From Octopus sinensis (Eukaryota): a stretch of DNA of 64,000 nucleotides. The DNA is taken from NCBI RefSeq assembly GCF_006345805.1, contig NC_042998.1:17732001-17796000 (forward strand), given 5' to 3'. Positions 53,569 to 64,000 of the stretch are shown piece by piece (position 1 is the stretch's first letter; each line of letters begins with the position of its first letter). Both the position numbers and the translations under genes were made by a program. The notes beneath the pieces are model-generated. The model made no database searches, had not been told where the DNA came from, and saw nothing but the letters and a program-made list of their open reading frames with translations.

Positions 53569-54050
53569 TTGTTTTGTCTTGGTATAAAAGATGGGCTACA
53601 GCAAATGTTCTGCTCAATACCACAGATTTGCTTGTCAGTTGTTTGACCTTAACCAGTTGAGCATGTCCCTTAGTGGCTGACGATATGTGCATCTCTGATC
53701 ACGAGCAGAAGTAGTGGGGGAGCATCATAGCCATGTGTTGAGAGGGATTCTTTGGGGTTTGAATAATTCACCTCTGGAAACATGGGTGGTTCTTTCAACA
53801 TCCTTAAACAATCCTTATTCAGAGACCGTTTAAGCGGGATGGGCTACTCGACCTGAAGAAAATTCTAACTGGACCCCACCTGCAAGGCCATGCGCTGTTT
53901 ATCTTGATATGAGATCACCATGTCGCGCACATATGGTTGTGATGCATGTGCCTGGCGTACCCTTATCAGACGGGTAGTCATGATGGGTATATTGGGCTTC
54001 GTATATTTTACCCCAGTGTTACTTTGATGGAATGAACTGCTCTCTCACTC

Positions 54051-54082
<32 letters not shown>

Positions 54083-54084
54083 TA
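53567..54084 (+). mobile_element. Non-coding repeat unit ending ctctcactc(AAT)n; Dong 3'UTR-like or a non-autonomous partner
   Basis: Bounded by (AAT)n on both sides; last 96 bp recur at 56449-56544. Confidence 0.55.
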
Positions 54085-56567
54085 AAAGGAAGCGGGTAGA
54101 ACCTCCCCATGTCCTGATTAATGATACATCTAGTGATGGTGTCACAATACAAACACTGGTCATTACGCAACCTGATAATCGCTACCTCATATGAGCGACA
54201 ATGAAAAATCAGAATATTGTGAATAACGGTGGTAATGAAACTGAAGCCTTTGATGGTGACAATGTTGCACCCGGCAGGCTCAGAGGTTCTGGTCCGGCTC
54301 CAGCCTATCGATATCCAGAAAGGGACCACCACACACGGTGTAGATGGAGGAAGCAAATTAATGATGAGGTCAAGGAGTGTTACTACCCGAGCAACACTGT
54401 AGATGAAAATGGTGCTTAAATTAGGGTTTACCGACATCACATGTATAATCATTGGAGAGAAAAGGGATTGTTTCAACTCACGGAACAGGGATTATGTGAT
54501 CAAGCTAGAGTAATAAAAATCATTGTTGGTTCACAGCAGTAGAACTCGAAGCTATCAAAAGCGGGTCATGGACAATAGCAGCATAGATAAGAATGAAAAT
54601 ACAGTTCTTACTAATAATAGTAATCTCATAGCACAGGAAAGGAGCAGTGGTAGCTTACTTGATGAGAGACCGATAGATGATCTGAAAGAAGACAATAAAA
54701 CTAATGGTGACATGACAGATGAACAAAAGGCAATCTACGACGAACAAAGGTAGGACTACAGGAGAAGGATAGCGACATTATTTGCATCATTAAAAAGATT
54801 AATCGGTGGAAAGTGAACCAAGAAGCGAAAAATGTCAATAAAATTTTGAAATACATCAAAGAAACAAATAATTTTATCAAGTCAGCAAGTATTGTTTTAA
54901 CAGAAAACGTGGGTGTTGATGTCAAGAAAAAGAACTATAATGGGAATGAGAAAAGAAAATATCCATGGTGGAAAGAAGAATACAGGCAAGGTTAGATATA
55001 CTCTCGAAGGATATTTCTGTGTTAGACAGAAAGGAGAAAGCGGAGCTTAAAAGCTAACAAAAATACAGGGTACTGAAAAGTAAATACAATATTGAAAGAA
55101 AGAGTCTGAATGCGGTAATAGAAGAACTGAAACAGCGCCTCGTTGCAGAGAAAGCAAAGATGGCAAGATAATGAAGGGTTACCAGCAGAATAGGTTATTC
55201 AGAGTAGATCAGAAGATATTCTATAAAGAAATAAATGGAGAGTGTACAGATGAAAAGTTGATACCAGATAACATTGAAAGTCAAATGTTTTGGACTGACA
55301 TCTGGAGCAAAGACAAGGAGAACAAGAATGATGCTGAATGGTTGCAATATCTGAAAATAACAGTAATCTGTCCAAAGCAGGCAGAAGTAGTCATTTCAGT
55401 TAGGGAAGTGAAGGGAATCAGAACAAATATGAGCAACTGGAAGGCCCCGGGACCAGATGGAGTTCAAGGCTAGTAAATCAAAAGTTTTGGTGAATATCAT
55501 GCACGAATAGCTGCGCATCTCAACACCTTGTTAAATACCGATCAAATAACACTAGAGTGGATGACGTTGCGTAGGACAGCGCTGTTATTGAAGAAAACAT
55601 CGTAAAAGACAATACGGTAGACAATTACAGGCCGATATCCTTATGTGAAAATTATTGTCTGGAATACTCGCAGAGTTAATGTACGAATATCTGGAAAAAA
55701 TGGAGTCTTGCCACATGAGCAGAAGGGTTGCAAGCGTAAGTCCAGAGGTACCAAGGATCAACTCCTGTTAGACAAAACTGTGCTCAGAAACTGCAAGAGG
55801 AGGAGAAGTAACTTAGCCATGTCATGGATCGACTATCGGAAGGTATACGATATGATCCCACATTCTTGGATTATGGAATGCATGAACCTATTTGGTATTG
55901 CATCGAATGTTGAGCGACTGCTTGGAAAAAGTATGGTGAATTGGAGGACAAACGTGACAGCATACGGAAGAAGGTTATGGACAGTAGAAATTAGGAGAGG
56001 CATCTTACAAGAGGACTACCTGTCCCCAATGATCTTTCTACTGTGTTTGATACCACTAACACTGATTCTCAGGAAAGCAAAAACGGGTATGTATTCAAAA
56101 GTCGCCAACAAAAAGTCAACCATTTGTTATTCATGGATGACCTCAAACTTTATGTTAAAGATGAATCCCAAGTCAGTTCCCTCGTTAATACGGTGTATAC
56201 TTTCAGTGCTGATATCAGAATGGAGTTCGAACTGAGAAAGTATAATGTGTTAGTGTTGAAGAGAGGCAAAGCCAAATGTATGGACAGGCTAGCGATACCG
56301 TCGGTAGAGATTATGAAGCAGATAGAAGAGACGGACTATAAGTACTTTGGGATTCTGGAAATGGATAAGTTGATAGAGAAAGAAATGACAGAAACAATTA
56401 AGGTATAGTACTTGCGCAGACTGAGACTGATCCTTTAGTCAAAATTAAGTGTACCTTTATCAGACGGGTAGTCATGATGGGTATATTGGGCTTCGTATAT
56501 TTTGCCCCAGTGTCACTTTGATGGCATGCACTGCTCTCTCACTCAATAATAATAATAATAATAATAA
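54085..56567 (+). mobile_element. R4/Dong LINE, 5' end to RT, joined to a 3' terminal segment and (AAT)n
   Basis: W..Q.N.EVKECYY N-terminus; [54 protein letters not shown]; multiple stops and frameshifts. Confidence 0.88.
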
Positions 56568-57826
56568 GCATCTGTAATCTTCATTTTATTTTAAAGAAGG
56601 CTTACGTTTGTAGTTTTTCCATTGTGGCCCCTCAGGTAGCGCTGACACTGTGTGACCTTAGAAAAGTATCTATTGCTCTTGTTTCTTGTATTACTCTATA
56701 CCACCTTAAAACAGTAGGTCCCGGTGAAGTTTCTGAAATTCTGAAGATATTGATTCCGCCTTTGATCTGAAAACTGCTGATAACAAAAAAATTGCTGAAA
56801 ATCAAACTGCTTAATTGAGCCCAAACTTCAATATCCGAGCGGATTAATTAACTTTTGACTACTTTCAATACAAATGATGACGGGTAGCTTTTAACTTAGT
56901 TATGCTTCAAACACATTGATCAGTGGTTCGAAAAATGACTTTATAACATCACCATCAACTTTCCAGATATACTAAAATGATTATGCTCATCCTCTTTTTT
57001 ATGACGCTTAACATCCATCCTTAGAGGTGATCTCTTCCTTCTTTCGAATCACTGATTTAAATACATCGGAAATATGACGGTTAGATAACTAAATATGTAC
57101 TCGAATAAGTAGACAAACATCTAGGTAATTTGCTGCTTCTTTAATTACATTGACTAGCAGAAAGCAATTACAACAGTGAGCAGATAAATACATGAATGAA
57201 TAGATAGTTATCAGGACAGATAAATATATAGACATACACAGAGACACACTCAGTGACTAGTAACAAGATATTAATGCCTTCGTACTGTTTGTATTATGAC
57301 CCACATCGATCCTCCTAAAGTAATTTATCAAAATGCGCTACTTCCATTAATAATTTGTAGTCTCTCTGGCGCAAAACAGAGAGGAAATGTTTATCTAGAT
57401 TCATAGAAACCAACATGAAAAAGTTAACAAATTAACCACTTTTCTCATTAAGTTATATTATTGATATCAATATATCAATACATCAATATCCATATTAGAT
57501 TCTTCATTGAGTTCTTGATATTGATTCAATTAAAAGCATTACAATTCACTATTCCGTCTGTTGCCACGAGATCAATTAATAAAGTTAATCAGAAGCGTCA
57601 ATGCTGCTAAATGAATTCTTCCTTATGTCACACTGTATTTTCTGATAAAATAACGTAATGTCTATATGTAGACATCTTTTAATAGAAAACGAAGTTTTTG
57701 TGACCTCAGGATTTCTTTGTATATATGATTATCACGTATGTTTTTTATATGACACATTTTGAATATTTGTATTGTTTACAAGCTTCCAACGAGACGATCA
57801 CTGGTTCTCTGCAATATCAACTCTCA

Positions 57827-58020
57827 AAAGTAAAAAATAAGAAGGGAGAAGACAGAAATATATCGAAATTGATTCAGGGTATACAAGATTATTTTCAGTT
57901 TGCACGCCAGTACTTATATCCTGTGGTCATATACACAGACAAAATATCTGCACACACATAGTTACATAGGCACACACACATGACGCACATACATGCACAC
58001 ATACATATATGCAAATATAT

Positions 58021-58078
<58 letters not shown>

Positions 58079-58095
58079 CATATATGTATGTGTGC

Positions 58096-58128
<33 letters not shown>

Positions 58129-58321
58129 ATATATTTGCATATATGTATGTGTGCATGTATGTGCGTCATGTGTGTGTGCCTATGTAAGTATGTGTGTGCA
58201 GATATTTTGTCTGTGTATATGACCACAGGATATAAGTACTGGCGTGCAAACTGAAAATAATCTTGTATACCCTGAATCAATTTCGATATATTTCTGTCTT
58301 CTCCCTTCTTATTTTTACTTT
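57827..58321. repeat. Foldback inverted repeat centred on (TA)n (arms about 190 bp)
   Basis: 57827-58020 is the reverse complement of 58131-58321 with 1 substitution and 1 indel seen. Confidence 0.93.
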
Positions 58322-58416
58322 ATATATAGTAAGCTCTCTTACTTTATATATATAGGGTAGAAATATTTTAGTGGAAGAACATTCTATGTGACGAGAGTTT
58401 AATATGTCCTATGTTC

Positions 58417-58748
58417 GACGAGAGGTTACTATGTCCTTTTATAAAAGAAACACCATTTTATAATAGTAAAAAACAAATAACATAATATATTATCTCCTTA
58501 TTAGATGCCAGAGAATGGACACAGCACAGCTAGATGTGATATTAACAGATATATATATATATATATATTCTTTATTTTCTCTCTTTATTTTCTCTCCTTG
58601 TTTCTTTCTGTGTTCCTTTCTGTGGAAGAGTATAGGCTGGAAACGTTGAAGACATTTTCACTTCCCGAGCTTTAAACTAATACATCTGTTTGTTGTGTAC
58701 ACCACCTGTCTTCGTCTTTTGATTTTTTTGTGAATTCTTCCCCTATAT

Positions 58749-58797
<49 letters not shown>

Positions 58798-59077
58798 TAT
58801 ATATATTATGAGAAAAGGAAGAAAATGGAGAAATTATCATGCAGATAATATATGGACACTCAGATCCATATAATGAAATTCCAGTCCTACAGCTGTTTCC
58901 ATACCTAATTAGTTCAGTCACAGAAATTAGATTTAATTAATTAACGTAAATTAATTTACTTTAAATTTTCATATTGAAACTAGTAAATTGGATATTTCAT
59001 CATGGAAGATTTTCCTTGACACATTTATATCTATATGTATATATATGTGTATATGTATATATATGTGTATATATATA

Positions 59078-59159
<82 letters not shown>

Positions 59160-59484
59160 AAGATGTGCATCTGCGATGGATGTATAATACATAATTTTGT
59201 TAACCAGATTTCTGAACTAAGGTATTAGTAAACTTCATATCCGGACTCGCATCCATTGCTTTGATGTCATATCATGTAATCAGATATAGGTGCAATAAAC
59301 TGGAGCTCTAAATCTGTGCTAATTCTTCGCGCACCCAAATTCTGCTTGACGAGATCTTACTATGTTCTATTATAAAAGAAACACTATTTTATAATAGTAA
59401 AAACAAATACTATTATATCATATTATCTCATTATTAGATGCCAGAGAATGGGCACACTTCAGCTGGATGTGATATTCATAGATA
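58417..59484. repeat. Diverged direct repeat of about 135 bp (58417-58551 and 59348-59484)
   Basis: gacgaga..ttactatgt..tataaaagaaacac.attttataatagtaaaaa...ttattagatgccagagaatgg is shared. Confidence 0.85.
58570..58745 (+). mobile_element. PLE-derived mini-element with hammerhead relic (58616-58651)
   Basis: CTTT CTGTGGA A GAGT ATAG GCTG GAAAC GT T GAAG; homologous to 32810-32938; between (TA)n tracts. Confidence 0.65.
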
Positions 59485-60331
59485 ACATTCGTCTATTAGG
59501 CATAGTTCTATTAGTTAGTATGTATATACTTATATATTCGTTGCAATGATATTAAGGTAAATGACTGTATAAACTGAGAGATAAATGCCATAACGCAGTC
59601 TCAATATTGACTTATGAACAGCCAATAGTTCGGTTTGCTAGCTGACAACATATTGACTAGAATATTACGAAATATCTTGATGCTTTTCTCTCTCCTTTCC
59701 TTATGTTACAAATGTTCGTCTGAAAAATCTTCTTGACAAATATAACAAGCCTGACTTAAAGCAAAGAAATTCAATAGAAGTTCAATTCTGATTCTATAAA
59801 TATTTTCCCTTTAAACGGTTATATTTTACTACAGTTAATCACTATTTCTTACATACAATCATTCACACATATGCACATAGGCATACATATGTATGCATAT
59901 GTATGTGTGCATGTATATATATATATATATATATAATATATATTCACAATTTCTCATTTCTTTTTTCAACACTCACAAAACCCATTCATAATCTTTCTAT
60001 GACCTTAACCTGTCTTTTTCTCACTCACTCCATCATATCCTGTGACTAATAAATAATACTTTTCTTTGAAAAGGCAAAGTTCGCTTCACATATGACCTTC
60101 AAAAGTTCGTTATCAACAGCGCTGAACTATTACAGATGTTGGCTCCAGGTTAGCAGCTAGAGGCTATGCGCGTAGCACTTTGTACTTTCTCTGTTTTGAA
60201 TTGCGAATGGGAAATAAAACGAAAAATTTTCGTTACGTATTATACATCATTGTACATTTACATAATTGATGTATATGTCTGCATAGAAGCGTATATTTCT
60301 GCATGTATCGATAGATTGGTGTACGATATAG

Positions 60332-60492
60332 TTGTATGTATGTATGTATGTATGTATGTATGTATGTATGTATGTATGTATGTATGTATGTATGTATGTA
60401 GTATGTATGTATGTATTATTATGTATGTATGTATGTATGTATGTATGTATGTATGTATGTATGTATGTATGTATTATGTATGTATGTATGTA
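60332..60492. repeat. (TATG)n microsatellite
   Basis: Direct reading. Confidence 0.95.
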
Positions 60493-60874
60493 CGTACGTC
60501 TGTACTTATGGGTGGGTGGGTGGATGGATAGATGGATGGATGAACAGATACATTGATAGCTGGGTGAGTAGACCGGTGGATGAAAGAAGGGAGATAGTTA
60601 GCCAGAGATGTCTAAAGTATTTACTGGTATTACATCTTAATTCTATAGCATTCCAAAGAATTCAATAAGAATTATCGCAATATTATGCAAGAAGTGCTGA
60701 GACACGCTTAGATAAGAACGAAAAACATAAAGCAAGAAAAATCGTGATAGATTTGGGGATAAGTTTTCGGTCATTAATAACCGACACTTTGTGGGCCAAG
60801 TGGCACTAAACTAAGCCGAAATAAATTTATTCTCGTGGTTTTGATTTGAATAATAGTGACAATTATCTTTACAG

Positions 60875-60930
60875 AAAGTCTAGAAGCTAAGAAGGAAAAC
60901 AAAAGGAAATATGCCACATTGCTCGAAAAC
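60875..60930 (+). CDS. Candidate isolated 56-nt host exon (xSLEAKKENKRKYATLLEN)
   Basis: Acceptor ttatctttacAG, donor AAC|GTAAGT; only one frame is open and it ends on a codon boundary. Confidence 0.3.
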
Positions 60931-61519
60931 GTAAGTTCGCATTCTGAAGAATTTCTTCCAATGACAAGGACGTCTGTTAATAAATTATTCCCTGAATCTG
61001 TATCAGACATGTAATCATAAACCTTAAGAATAGAGTTCGGTCATTGTCTGAAGTTTCAGAGTAGAAAAAAAAAGTGTGGAAATACAATAGACAAAAATAT
61101 CAATCATATACAATGATTATATTTCAGAAACATTTCCCAATTTAACTATCCGTATACCTATCCTTTAAAATGACGTTATTGCTATCTTTCTAAATATCAA
61201 TTTACCGATCTAACTATTGAAATGTTCACATATCCAAAGATTTTCTTACCATTTATCTACCTGTCTATGAAGCCAGTTATCTATTTATATATCGATATCA
61301 CTAACTTCTAATCAAATTACGTATATTCATCCATCACTTTTCCTTTCGTACCGCTGGACATCTATCTGCATATGTATCAATTTATTTCACTGCGCTTAAA
61401 CTCAGTAACACAAAAGGATATAATTCCTTTTTTCTCTATATATATGTATATGAACAGACACACACAAGCACACACAAACACACCACACACACACACACAC
61501 CGTATATATATTACGTATG

Positions 61520-61569
<50 letters not shown>

Positions 61570-62000
61570 TATATATATATATAGATATATATATATATAT
61601 GTATGTATATGTATGTATGTATATTCACCGATAGTGCTCAATAAATAATTAGTTATTACTTGGGGCTATAACCAACGTGTATGTGAAATACAATATTTGA
61701 AAGCATAAAACTTGCATACGGCCAATCTTTCAGTCTAAGCAGGAAGGAGTTGAATTTGTTGAAATAATGCAGTATGGGAAATAAAGGATGCACCTTCCGT
61801 AGAATGCTAATTATTGCGGAGCAAATTGTGTGTTAGTGAATATCGAGTGGATATATTGCGAAGGAAACAATGAGCATGTAATACAGTACGAAATAACTGT
61901 GTATAGTAATACGTACATACATACATACATACATGCATGCATACATACATACATACATACATACATACATACATACATACATACATACATACATACATAC

Positions 62001-62640
62001 GTATTTGGGTTCTACCGAAAGTAATACAGGACTCAGCATAACATTTTATTGAGTGGCGTACGCCGTTCAAATTCCGAACGTTGGTTTATTAACTTCTCCT
62101 CAATAGTAACTCCCTTTCCTGTTATTTTTCGTGGTGGGCAAATAAGAGATTCCTAGCTGGAGCATTATACCGTCATTAACATCTTGACTAAATAACGGGA
62201 TGTTCGCTATTTACGAATATGACACACTTGAAGAGTAACATACAGAGATGTATCGAAATGAACAAAGAAGAGGAATCTAGTACTATAGACCACCGAAGTA
62301 TCAGGAGACTTGCAACAGCGACCACTGACACGAATCATCAACGAGAAGTCGACTTTATTGGTGAGGGCAGACAAGTCACAATCCATGAATTTGTGGCATA
62401 ATTGGACGGTACATTACAAGCCATTACAAAACTTGGTGGAAAACTTTGGGCGTTGAATTGTGTGTGAAACATGGAAACCCCGGCAACTAACATGGAGTTT
62501 AAAGGAAAAACGTATGGATGTCTGTTCTGACGTAGTAGAAAATTATGAAGCAAATGAGAACACGTTTATTACAATATGATTACAAAGCATGAAACTTAGG
62601 TATATCATCGTGATCCGGGGAAAGATACAGCCATATCTCA
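62001..62640 (+). mobile_element. Decayed mariner transposase fragment
   Basis: RSIRRLATATTDTNHQREVDFIGEGRQVTIHEFVA resembles the mariner HTH region; ccgaaagtaat TIR-like motif near 62015. Confidence 0.55.
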
Positions 62641-63154
62641 AAAATTTGCATATATCTGTTACAACCCAGGCCTAATGTACACTCACACACACGCTCACAC
62701 ACACATGCACTCACATACATACACTCACACACACACACACATATGCACTCATACACAAATATAGGTGTGTGTGTGTTTGTGTTTTGTGTTTTGTGTAGTG
62801 CCTGTGTCTGAATAAAGAGAGAGAGAGAGGGAAGAGAAAGAGACAGACAGACAGACAGATATAGGTTACATGTATATAGCTGTGTGTGTGTTTGTGTAAT
62901 TATGCGTGTTTTGATCCATTGAAATCTTTACGACAAAGACAACTACTTCCTCCCAGTCTCGACAAAAACAGGCTAGATTTGCATGTTTGAATTCTAAAAT
63001 ATTTCAGAAGTCGTAATTATCTATTGACTAATGATTGCCTGTCAGTTCGCCACTTTGGTTGTCTGAATATCATAACATTTTGAGATTACTAATTCGGCAA
63101 TAGCATCACACAAGTACACACAAACATACATACATACATACATACATATATACA

Positions 63155-63187
<33 letters not shown>

Positions 63188-63383
63188 GCATTAACACATA
63201 CACACACATGCACACACACATACATATTCATATACATATATATGTGTGTATATATATATATATCTATGTATGTATGTATATATCTAATATATCTATATAT
63301 ACATATACAGATATATACTTATACATATATATACATATATATATTTAAAAAAGGAGATGTGGAACACGAGTTGTGATATATAA

Positions 63384-63547
63384 AAAAAGGAAATGAAGAA
63401 AATGCTGACAAAATAATTTAAGTAAGGGAGAGCGTATTTAATTAGGTGAAGGTTCATTTTACCAACCGGTTAAAAAGAACTTTCACCTAATTAAATACAC
63501 TCTCCCTTACTTAAATTATTTTGTCAGCATTTTCTTCATTTCCTTTT

Positions 63548-63548
<1 letters not shown>
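63384..63548. repeat. Foldback hairpin (72-bp arms, 21-nt loop) next to (TA)n
   Basis: 63384-63455 is the reverse complement of 63477-63548 with 2 mismatches. Confidence 0.93.
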
Positions 63549-63621
<73 letters not shown>

Positions 63622-64000
63622 TTATATATAAAAAAACAAGAACGTGAAATGCACAAAGAGACGAACACAAAAAACGGACGGGTCATTCGAAGCCTTTAAT
63701 CTTCAGTCAGAAACCGGATCATCATAGCAAATTTCGGCTATATCATTCAACTACGGTAGTAATTTAATAATATTCTTAAGGCCGCAATTTACTCACACGT
63801 AGCATCATTTAGAGCTTATCGCTCATTCAGTTCTTAAACAAATTGAAAACATTGTTAAAATTTTTGTTGAGGACTGGTTTCTATCTACATTTTGACATAA
63901 AAAAGATGAAATTTCGTCCAGTAGAAAAAAGTTTACATCAAAATTTGCAGCAAAAGTAAGTAATGCCAACAATCAACTTTAGATCTAAATAACTCTTTTT

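Noticed and set aside
60774-61010. 78-aa hydrophobic minus-strand ORF
   Set aside because: No recognisable domain; short ORFs of this kind are expected by chance; overlaps a better-signalled plus-strand exon candidate
63660-63745. GCCGAAA...CTGAAGA on the minus strand as a permuted hammerhead
   Set aside because: Stems I and III cannot be formed

Overview
AT-rich, repeat-saturated eukaryotic DNA. The tRNA-derived SINE families and the very dense TA/TATG/AAT/CA microsatellites resemble coleoid cephalopod (octopus-like) genomes; this is inferred from recalled repeat families, not from a search. No host protein-coding gene can be called with confidence; there is one 56-nt candidate exon at 60875-60930. 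Almost all long ORFs are either microsatellite artefacts or retroelement remnants. The retroelement remnants are: an RTE LINE with a 5' inversion and three C-terminal C2H2-like fingers (2262-3586); a frameshifted CR1-type LINE (7590-11384); three R4/Dong-type RLE-LINE pieces tied to (AAT)n; three Tx1/L1-like relics; Penelope-like elements (PLEs), including a 376-codon open thumb/GIY-YIG frame (30558-31685); a mariner relic; and about 15 SINEs. The most interesting layer is non-coding. It includes a sense/antisense/sense triple cassette of minimal type I hammerhead ribozymes (28898-29688), further hammerhead relics (one at the centre of a nested inverted repeat, 50483-50821), several near-perfect foldback inversions next to microsatellites, and a SINE flanked by a >100-bp target duplication. 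All coordinates were read by eye and may be off by a few bases.
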